From positions 5,653 through 29,652 of the forward strand of contig NZ_JBBMMD010000083.1 in NCBI RefSeq assembly GCF_037844525.1: a stretch of DNA of 24,000 bases, read 5' to 3'. Shown piece after piece: positions 16,199 to 23,157 of the stretch. The position numbers and the translations under genes were made by a program. The stretch comes from Tepidibacter sp. Z1-5 (lineage in GTDB: Bacteria > Bacillota > Clostridia > Peptostreptococcales > Peptostreptococcaceae). The notes beneath the pieces are model-generated. The model was not told where the DNA came from, did no database searches, and was given only the letters and a program-made list of their open reading frames with translations. The first letter of the stretch is position 1, and each line of letters opens with the position of its first letter.

Positions 16199-17515
16199 TT
16201 ATCTTTGTGCTTCATACTCTTTAAGTAGTTTTACAAATAACTCGGGAATTTTATCCATTTTTTCTGGTGTTTCAACAAAAGAAAGTCTAAACTGTGTGCT
16301 TCCTGGGTTGGCTTCACTGTCTTTAATATCATAGAATCCACTCATAGGTGCTACTAATAATGTTGTTTCAACACCATCAATATTAACTGAACCTTCACCT
16401 GCACAATATAATACAAAATCAATTGCGTTAAAACCTGGTTTAACAACATTTCTAACATCTACAACTGTGTAAATAGATGCATCTGGATTCGAAACAATAA
16501 GATTAGGCTCTTGCTCCTTTAATCCTTTATAAACTTTTAAGATTTGTTCTCTATAATATTCTCTGATTTCTTGACACCATCCTAAGATTCCTTCTTTACT
16601 CTCATGAGCTAATGCACCAAATATGTACTGACCAATAGCATTTGCGCAAAGATTAGCTGTATATTCAGCTATTGAACGGTTATTAAATTCGGCATTATCT
16701 GTAATTAATGCACCAATTCTTAAACCACATGCATTCCATACTTTAGAAGCAGTCTCAATACTAATTCTTCTACCTTCAATTCCAGGAACATCTGCATCAG
16801 TTACACCCCAAATACTTACAAGTGGCTTATCTGTATCATAATAAAGTTCACGATATGCTTCATCACTTACCATCCACATATTGTACTTCACACAAAGCTC
16901 TGCTAATGCTTTCATAGAATCATAGTCATACAGCTGACCAGTAGGATTATCATATGGTATTACTAATAATGCTCCTGGATTATTCGCCTTAATTACTTCT
17001 TCAATTTTATCAATTTCTGGAAGATCGAAGTTTCCATTTTCATTTAATTGACGCTTTACAGTAACTGTTTTTCTTCCAGTTCTTTCTGCAAACGAAATGT
17101 AATTTGTATATGCTGGGTCAATCATTAATAAAGGACTTTCATCTGTTCCTGCTGGCCCACATGTACCAATTAGTAGCAATTCCATTGCTGTTGATCCACC
17201 ATCTGTAACTTGAATGTGAAGCTTACTTGTATCAAAACCTTCACAATTTAAAATGTTCCTAAAAGCATCTTGACATTCCTGAGTTCCAGCAGTTGTTGTA
17301 TATCTAATAACACCACTAGCAAATGGACTGTTCTTTGCATCTAATGCAAACATTCTCTTTTGCATTGCAGTGTTTGCTGGAAGAGAAACGTTTCCAATAC
17401 CCACATTAATAACAGCTTCTGGTTTTACTTTTCGCTCTTCATACTTCATTTGTGCAAGACGAACTGCTGATGGTTTTCTTGACTCAAAGTGAGCAGATAA
17501 TATAGGTTTGTTCAT
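16199..17515 (-). CDS. PLP-dependent aminotransferase, class I/II fold; substrate not assignable
   Basis: 438 aa with IPYDNPTGQ, VSDEAYRELYY and SASKVWNACGLRIG (PLP-lysine motif). It looks monocistronic, with its own terminators and a leader of about 310 nt. Confidence 0.88.
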   Translation of the reverse strand: MNKPILSAHFESRKPSAVRLAQMKYEERKVKPEAVINVGIGNVSLPANTAMQKRMFALDAKNSPFASGVIRYTTTAGTQECQDAFRNILNCEGFDTSKLHIQVTDGGSTAMELLLIGTCGPAGTDESPLLMIDPAYTNYISFAERTGRKTVTVKRQLNENGNFDLPEIDKIEEVIKANNPGALLVIPYDNPTGQLYDYDSMKALAELCVKYNMWMVSDEAYRELYYDTDKPLVSIWGVTDADVPGIEGRRISIETASKVWNACGLRIGALITDNAEFNNRSIAEYTANLCANAIGQYIFGALAHESKEGILGWCQEIREYYREQILKVYKGLKEQEPNLIVSNPDASIYTVVDVRNVVKPGFNAIDFVLYCAGEGSVNIDGVETTLLVAPMSGFYDIKDSEANPGSTQFRLSFVETPEKMDKIPELFVKLLKEYEAQR

Positions 17516-17864
17516 ATGAAATACCCCTTTTCATTAGAATTTTTTCTTACATTGTAATTTTAACATGAAATTGTATAATTTTCACTCTTTTTTTAATATT
17601 ATGTTTTATGAAGTAAAATTATAATATCTACTATTCGTCTTAATAATTCTTCCCTAGCTGTAATTATAAGAAAACGCTTCTCTAGTTTAATTAGTATTTG
17701 TAATTCTCTTTAGAAAAAATTGTGTATCTTATATTATTATTTGATAGAATAATTCATGAATAATTGTACGCCTAAACGATTTTTTTATCTATTCCCAAAG
17801 GTATATTTTTTTTGTATAATAGTAATTGGATAAATGCACTTTAATAATAAGGAGGATTTTAACT

Positions 17865-18080
17865 ATGAATGAACTTACTTCAAATTTTAATAATCTATCA
17901 GAAAAAGAACAAATAGAATTTATAAAATCTATAGTTCCACAAATTGAAGCATTGGTTAAAAATAATAAAGATGAATTAATGAGAGAATTCTCACCTGTAA
18001 TCGATAAGTTATTAGAACAGTATGGTATAACAATGGACCAAGTTATGATGATGCTTCAAATGTTTAATCCTCAAAATTAA
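17865..18080 (+). CDS. Hypothetical small helical protein (71 aa) with a Met-rich C-terminus
   Basis: I chose the ATG at 17865 over the track start at 17826 because AAGGAGG lies 9 nt upstream. The sequence begins MNELTSNFNNLSEKEQ... The stop is followed by a bidirectional terminator. Confidence 0.6.
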   Translation: MNELTSNFNNLSEKEQIEFIKSIVPQIEALVKNNKDELMREFSPVIDKLLEQYGITMDQVMMMLQMFNPQN

Positions 18081-18105
18081 AAGAACCTCTTAAGAGGTTC
18101 TTTTA
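18078..18105. terminator. Bidirectional intrinsic terminator (small ORF + / spoVS -)
   Basis: AAGAACCUC / GAGGUUCUU stem extended by A-T pairs (18078-18089 / 18094-18105) with a 4-nt loop. Confidence 0.8.
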
Positions 18106-18366
18106 TTATCTAGGTTCTACTATAAGCTTTATAGCTGTTCTTTCTTCACCATCAATATCAACATCAGTAAAAGCTGGTATACATATAAGATCCATACCAC
18201 TTGGTGCAACAAATCCTCTTGCTATAGCAACAGCCTTAACACCTTGGTTTAAAGCGCCTGCTCCTATAGCTTGTATTTCTGCCGAACCTTTTTCTCTTAA
18301 AACTCCAGCTAGAGCCCCTGCTACAGAATTTGGATTAGATTTTGATGAAACTTTTAATACTTCCAT
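18106..18366 (-). CDS. spoVS: Stage V sporulation protein S
   Basis: 86 aa: MEVLKVSSKSNPNSVAGALAGVLREKGSAEIQAIGAGALNQGVKAVAIARGF..., essentially the canonical SpoVS sequence. Confidence 0.97.
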   Translation of the reverse strand: MEVLKVSSKSNPNSVAGALAGVLREKGSAEIQAIGAGALNQGVKAVAIARGFVAPSGMDLICIPAFTDVDIDGEERTAIKLIVEPR

Positions 18367-18433
18367 TTCAAATATGCCCCCCTTAATATTATTATGTTTC
18401 CTTGTGCATTTAAAATTGGATTTCTTGTTTATA

Positions 18434-18462
18434 TTATTCTACATCTAAAATCTAAATCCTTT
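18434..18462 (-). promoter_or_regulatory. Sigma-H-type promoter upstream of spoVS
   Basis: The minus strand reads AAAGGATTT, an 11-nt spacer, then GTAGAATAA. This fits the Bacillus sigma-H pattern RNAGGAWWW-(11-12)-RNNGAATWW at every specified position. It sits about 70 nt upstream of the spoVS ATG. Confidence 0.6.
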
Positions 18463-18468
18463 TTTTAT

Positions 18469-19416
18469 TTACAAATCATATCCGATTTTTCTAAATTTAC
18501 TGTATCTTTCAAAAACTATTTCTTCTTTAGTTTTCTTAGAATACTCATTTAGTTGTTCTACTATATAGTCTTTTATTTTATCTGATGTAAACTCAATATT
18601 CTTCTGTGATCCTCCTAAAGGTTCTTTTATTATTTTATCAATAACATTTAGTTTATATAGATCAGAGCTTGTCAGCTTCATTATTTCTGATGCCTCATTT
18701 GCTTTAGAAGCATCCTTCCACAATATACTAGAAAGCCCTTCCGGAGATATTACAGAGTATATAGAGTGTTCAAGCATAGCTACTTTATTAGATACACCAA
18801 GACCTAATGCTCCTCCACTTCCTCCTTCTCCGATAACTATAGATATTACAGGAACTTTTAAAGAACTCATTTCAAATAAATTTTTAGCTATTGCTTCTCC
18901 TTGACCTCTTTCTTCAGCTTCAAGACCACAAAACGCTCCTGGAGTATCTATAAAAGTTATTATAGGCCTCTTAAACTTTTCTGCCTGTTTCATAAGCCTC
19001 AAAGCCTTTCTATATCCTTCAGGATGTGGCATACCAAAATTTCTTTCTATATTTTCTTTTACATCTTTTCCTTTTTGATGACCTATTATAGTAACAGGCA
19101 TATTTTCTATTATTCCTATTCCTCCAACTATAGCTTTGTCATCTTTATACAATCTATCACCATGAAATTCTATAAATTCACTGCATATATTTTTTATATA
19201 ATCTTCAGTTGTAGGTCTACTAGATGCTCTACTTATATTTACCTTTTGCCACGCAGTTAAATTTTCATATATTTCATTTTTTAGATTCACAAGCTTTTTA
19301 CTAAGCATATCTATTTCATTAGATAAATCTATATTATTTTCTTTCGATATTTTTTCAAATTCTGCAATTCTATTTTCAAGCTCTATAATGGGCTTATCTA
19401 TATCTAAATTATTCAT
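18469..19416 (-). CDS. accA: Acetyl-CoA carboxylase carboxyltransferase alpha subunit
   Basis: 315 aa with FIDTPGAFCGLEAEERGQGEAIA and VIGEGGSGGALG. Confidence 0.96.
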   Translation of the reverse strand: MNNLDIDKPIIELENRIAEFEKISKENNIDLSNEIDMLSKKLVNLKNEIYENLTAWQKVNISRASSRPTTEDYIKNICSEFIEFHGDRLYKDDKAIVGGIGIIENMPVTIIGHQKGKDVKENIERNFGMPHPEGYRKALRLMKQAEKFKRPIITFIDTPGAFCGLEAEERGQGEAIAKNLFEMSSLKVPVISIVIGEGGSGGALGLGVSNKVAMLEHSIYSVISPEGLSSILWKDASKANEASEIMKLTSSDLYKLNVIDKIIKEPLGGSQKNIEFTSDKIKDYIVEQLNEYSKKTKEEIVFERYSKFRKIGYDL

Positions 19417-19428
19417 ACTTAGCCCTCC

Positions 19429-20280
19429 TTAATATCCATGCATTCTCAATATTTGCTGGATTTTGTTTTTCATATTTTTTCTACTTACAATCAAATCTAA
19501 AAATCCATGTTCTAATAAGAATTCAGATTTTTGAAATCCTGCAGGAAGATCTTGCTTAATTGTCTGTTTTATAACCCTAGGACCAGCAAATCCTATCAAA
19601 GCATTTGGCTCTGCCATTATAACATCTCCAAGCATAGCAAAACTTGCCGTTATTCCACCAGTAGTAGGGTCTGTCAATACAGATATATACGGTAGTCCAT
19701 TTTCACTAAGTTTATTTAAAGCTTGAGAAGTTTTTGCCATTTGCATTAAAGATATTATCCCTTCTTGCATCCTAGCTCCTCCAGATGCACATACTATTAT
19801 AACAGGTAATTTATTATCTATAGCATACTCAATAGCCCTAGTTATCTTCTCTCCAACTATATAACCCATACTTCCCATCATAAACGCTGAATTCATTACA
19901 CAAAGTACAACATCTATACCATTTAACTTACCGTAACCAGTTATAACAGCATCTTTTTCTCTACTTTTTGCAGTATATCTTTCTAGCTTTTCTTCATATT
20001 CAGGAAATTCTAATATATTTATAGAAACTAAATCTTCATCTAGTTCTTCAAACGTTTTTTCATCTATTAACAAATCTACTCTGCTCCTAGCAGAAAGTTT
20101 AAAATGACGATCGCATTTAGGACATAAGCTTAAATTTTCTTCTACTTCTTTTATGAAAATATTACTATTGCAATTTTCACACTTTATCCAAAACTTTTCA
20201 TCAACACTTTTATTCTTAAATTTTTTATTAACAGATACTTGTGCATACCCTTTTTCTTTACTTAATAATTTTTTAATCAT
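19429..20280 (-). CDS. accD: Acetyl-CoA carboxylase carboxyltransferase beta subunit
   Basis: 283 aa with an N-terminal zinc ribbon CENC...CPKC, then MGSMG and SGGARMQEG motifs. Confidence 0.96.
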   Translation of the reverse strand: MIKKLLSKEKGYAQVSVNKKFKNKSVDEKFWIKCENCNSNIFIKEVEENLSLCPKCDRHFKLSARSRVDLLIDEKTFEELDEDLVSINILEFPEYEEKLERYTAKSREKDAVITGYGKLNGIDVVLCVMNSAFMMGSMGYIVGEKITRAIEYAIDNKLPVIIVCASGGARMQEGIISLMQMAKTSQALNKLSENGLPYISVLTDPTTGGITASFAMLGDVIMAEPNALIGFAGPRVIKQTIKQDLPAGFQKSEFLLEHGFLDLIVSRKNMKNKIQQILRMHGY

Positions 20281-20316
20281 ATTTCACCTCTATAAATTTA
20301 TGATTATGTTATATTT

Positions 20317-21663
20317 TTATTTATTCATAAACTCATTTTCTATAAATTTAGTATGGTGTTCATCGTTTATAAAAACTTCACTCGCCATTAATTTTTTCTG
20401 AAATTCTACATTAGTTTCTAATCCTTCAATAATTAATTCATCTAATGCTCTTTTCATTCTATTTATGCATTCTTCTCTATCATTTGCCCAGCATATAAGT
20501 TTTCCTATCATAGAATCATATAAAGGCGGTATAGTATATCCACCATATACAAAACTATCAAATCGCACTCCAAGTCCTCCAGGAACATGAATAGACTCTA
20601 TTTTACCAGGACAAGGCCTAAAATTATTGAATGCATCTTCAGCATTTATTCTACATTCTATTGCATGACCATTAAACTTTATATTTTTCTGAGAATAAGG
20701 AATCTTTTCTCCAGATGCTATTAATATTTGTAATTTTATCAAATCAATTCCAGTTATCATCTCAGTAATAGGATGTTCTACTTGTATTCTAGTATTCATT
20801 TCTATAAAATAGAAATTTCTATCCTTGTCAACTATAAATTCAACAGTTCCAGCACCTATATAATCTACAGATTTTGTTGCTTTTACAGCGGCATCGTATA
20901 ATTCATTTCTAGTCTTTTCGTCTAAATATGGAGAACGACATTCTTCTATAACCTTTTGATTTCTTCTTTGCATAGAACAATCTCTATCTCCAAAATGAAC
21001 TACATTACCAAACGAATCTCCAAAGACTTGTACTTCTATATGTCTAGGATTTTCTATATATTTTTCTAAATACATCTCGTCATTTCCAAATGAAGATAAA
21101 GCTTCAGCTTTGGCTATATTAAAATTAGCTACTAATTCTTCTTCATCATTAGCAACTCTCATTCCTTTACCTCCACCTCCACTTGAAGCCTTTACAAGAA
21201 CTGGATATCCAATTTCTTTAGATACAGCAATTGCGTCTTTTATATTCAAAATTATCCCTTTTGATCCTGGAACAACAGGCACTTTAGCTTTTATCATAGT
21301 TTCTCTAGCTGTTGCTTTATCACCCATTTTGTCTATTTGTTCATAATTTGGACCTATAAATATAATATTATTTTCTATACATTTTTTAGCAAAAGTAGAG
21401 TTTTCAGATAAAAATCCAAACCCTGGATGAATTGCATCACATTTCATTTTCATAGCCAAATATATTATATTATCTATATTATTGTAGCTTTTGCTTATCT
21501 TATTAGGACCTATGCATATAGATTCATCTGCCATATATCTGTGCAGAGATTCTTTATCCGCTTGAGAATATATAGCAACAGTCTTTATTCCCATTTCTTT
21601 ACATGTTCTTATTATTCTAACAGCTATTTCCCCTCTATTTGCAATAAGTAACTTTTTTATCAT
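20317..21663 (-). CDS. accC: Biotin carboxylase
   Basis: 448 aa ATP-grasp enzyme with LIANRGEIAVRI, SGGGGKGMRV and EMNTRIQVEHP. Confidence 0.97.
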   Translation of the reverse strand: MIKKLLIANRGEIAVRIIRTCKEMGIKTVAIYSQADKESLHRYMADESICIGPNKISKSYNNIDNIIYLAMKMKCDAIHPGFGFLSENSTFAKKCIENNIIFIGPNYEQIDKMGDKATARETMIKAKVPVVPGSKGIILNIKDAIAVSKEIGYPVLVKASSGGGGKGMRVANDEEELVANFNIAKAEALSSFGNDEMYLEKYIENPRHIEVQVFGDSFGNVVHFGDRDCSMQRRNQKVIEECRSPYLDEKTRNELYDAAVKATKSVDYIGAGTVEFIVDKDRNFYFIEMNTRIQVEHPITEMITGIDLIKLQILIASGEKIPYSQKNIKFNGHAIECRINAEDAFNNFRPCPGKIESIHVPGGLGVRFDSFVYGGYTIPPLYDSMIGKLICWANDREECINRMKRALDELIIEGLETNVEFQKKLMASEVFINDEHHTKFIENEFMNK

Positions 21664-21678
21664 AATATCCTCCTTTAA

Positions 21679-22131
21679 TTATCCGTTAACTTTAATCTTA
21701 AATAAAGGTTGATCGTATTCAACTAATTCTTCATTTTCTACTAATACCTCTATAATTTCTCCATCAACATCGCACTCTATTTCGTTCATAAGTTTCATAG
21801 CTTCAAGAATACATAAAGTATCTCCCTTTTTAACTTTATCTCCAACATTAACAAAATCACCATCTTCTGGACTTGAAGCCGAATAAAAAGTTCCCATTAT
21901 AGGTGCATTCACTATGTATGTATTATTATCAGTTTCAGATTCTACAATTTCTTCTTTATTAATTGTAATTATTTCTTTTTTAGCTTCATCTTTTATATTA
22001 GGTACACTATCTATAGTAGTAATATCACCTTTTTGTATAGATAATTTTAAATCATTCATTTCTATATCAAATTTATTTATACTAGTTTTATCTATTGCCA
22101 TAATTAATTCTTTAATTTCATTTATATTCAT
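21679..22131 (-). CDS. accB: Biotin carboxyl carrier protein
   Basis: 150 aa with a C-terminal biotinyl domain; the biotinylation motif is LEAMKLMNEI. GGAGG lies 8 nt upstream. Confidence 0.95.
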   Translation of the reverse strand: MNINEIKELIMAIDKTSINKFDIEMNDLKLSIQKGDITTIDSVPNIKDEAKKEIITINKEEIVESETDNNTYIVNAPIMGTFYSASSPEDGDFVNVGDKVKKGDTLCILEAMKLMNEIECDVDGEIIEVLVENEELVEYDQPLFKIKVNG

Positions 22132-22146
22132 AAATTATACCTCCTT

Positions 22147-22163
22147 TTTATACCTGGTACTAA
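22147..22163. promoter_or_regulatory. Imperfect 17-bp palindrome with a TACC(W)GGTA core in the accB leader; candidate FapR-like operator
   Basis: The minus strand reads TTAGTACC-A-GGTATAAA. The 9-bp core TACCAGGTA is a perfect palindrome, and the outer arms match at 6 of 8 positions. It lies between the -10 box and the SD. Confidence 0.4.
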
Positions 22164-22174
22164 TACTATATCAT

Positions 22175-22204
22175 ATTATACCATATTATTATTTGCAGAT
22201 ACAA
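22175..22204 (-). promoter_or_regulatory. Sigma-A promoter with extended -10 for accBCDA
   Basis: On the minus strand, TTGTAT, an 18-nt spacer, then TGGTATAAT (-10 is the complement of 22175-22180). It sits about 45 nt upstream of the accB ATG. Confidence 0.65.
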
Positions 22205-22320
22205 TAAAAAATTCGTCTAATGCTACGTATTGACTCATGTCGCCAACGAGTACTACGGTCTCCGTTGCTCAAAATAGTTTATACTGTAGTACTTTCAAGC
22301 AACGTTATCCATAAGTTGAA
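22205..22320. ncRNA. GC-enriched structured island B, candidate ncRNA of unknown class
   Basis: Interleaved complementary segments: 22263-22269 with 22298-22304 (7 bp), and 22249-22256 with 22286-22293 (8 bp). A competing hairpin pairs 22244-22249 with 22262-22267 (12-nt loop). It lies between the cheR terminator and the accB promoter, and no plausible ORF covers it. Confidence 0.35.
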
Positions 22321-22347
22321 AATATTTATCTTATTTCGTTTTATAAA

Positions 22348-22385
22348 AAAAGATACTGTTGACTAATCAGTCAACAGTATCTTTT
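22348..22385 (-). terminator. Intrinsic terminator of cheR (A/T runs on both sides, so potentially bidirectional)
   Basis: Perfect 17-bp stem (22348-22364 / 22369-22385) with 4-nt loop, followed on the minus strand by a U-run. It overlaps the cheR TAA. Confidence 0.85.
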
Positions 22386-23157
22386 AGTTTGACTTACCAT
22401 AAAAAAATGTTTTTATAGGCTTTAAGTTATATTTATTTGGCATTATTATTTGTTCAGTACTTCCCACAAATAAAACACCATTGCTGTTTAATGATTTACT
22501 AAAATTTGAGTATATATCAGATTTAGCTTCTTCCGTGAAATATATCATTACATTCCTACAAACTATCAGATCACAATTATCCACATACTTATCTTCTAAT
22601 AAATTATGTCTTTTAAATGTAACTCTATTTTTTATTTCTTCCTTTATTAAAAATCTATCTAATTTTTTATCAAAATACTTACTTATAAATTCTTTAGGTA
22701 GATTCCTTAAACTCTTTTCTTGATACACTCCTAATTTAGCCTTTGCCATGGCCTCTTTATCAAGATCAGTTGCAATAATATTAATCTTATTTAAAGGCAT
22801 AAATTTACTAAGCAACATAACTAAAGAATAAGGTTCCTCACCTGTAGAACAAGCAGCACTCCATATTCTTAAATTTTTATTTTTTCTTAGAAGTTCAGGA
22901 ATTATGGTATTTTCCATTACTCTCCACTGTTCTAAATTCCTATAAAATTCTGATACATTTATAGTCATATAATTTATAAATTCATTGAACAAATCCACAT
23001 TTTTATTTATAGCATCAAAATACTTCTCAAAATCGTTATATCCATTTCGCATAGCTAGAGACTCTAATCTTCTATTCATCTGCTTTTCTTTATATAAAGA
23101 AAGATTTATTCCTGTTTTTTTATATATTTTCTCTTTAAAAAGATCATATCCTTTCAT
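22384..23157 (-). CDS. cheR: CheR-type protein-glutamate O-methyltransferase
   Basis: 257 aa with an N-terminal CheR helical domain (INVSEFYRN in place of TxFFR) and a SAM-binding IWSAACSTGEEPYS and CRNVMIYF. Its ATG overlaps the upstream TAA (TAATG). Confidence 0.88.
   Translation of the reverse strand: MKGYDLFKEKIYKKTGINLSLYKEKQMNRRLESLAMRNGYNDFEKYFDAINKNVDLFNEFINYMTINVSEFYRNLEQWRVMENTIIPELLRKNKNLRIWSAACSTGEEPYSLVMLLSKFMPLNKINIIATDLDKEAMAKAKLGVYQEKSLRNLPKEFISKYFDKKLDRFLIKEEIKNRVTFKRHNLLEDKYVDNCDLIVCRNVMIYFTEEAKSDIYSNFSKSLNSNGVLFVGSTEQIIMPNKYNLKPIKTFFYGKSN

Noticed and set aside
16199-17515. The aminotransferase gene looks more G+C-rich than its neighbours: spot counts give about 35-40% against about 23% in dnaG and the NTase gene. 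That suggested horizontal acquisition.
   Set aside because: Comparable spot counts for folE, rpoD and spoVS in the same window are also about 33-38%. The elevation therefore tracks strongly conserved protein sequence rather than foreign origin. No flanking repeats, tRNA or integrase are present.
17516-17830. A T-box leader upstream of the aminotransferase.
   Set aside because: No T-box sequence (GGUGGUACCGCG-type), no recognisable Stem I/specifier architecture and no terminator/antiterminator pair were found on the minus strand.
22220-22366. A 48-codon plus-strand ORF (MLRIDSCRQRVLRSPLLKIVYTVV...) covering island B.
   Set aside because: It has no SD upstream of the ATG. It uses CGT/CGC/CGA/CGG arginine codons, which are out of character for this AT-rich genome, and it runs through the cheR terminator hairpin. 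The GC enrichment is better explained by RNA structure.
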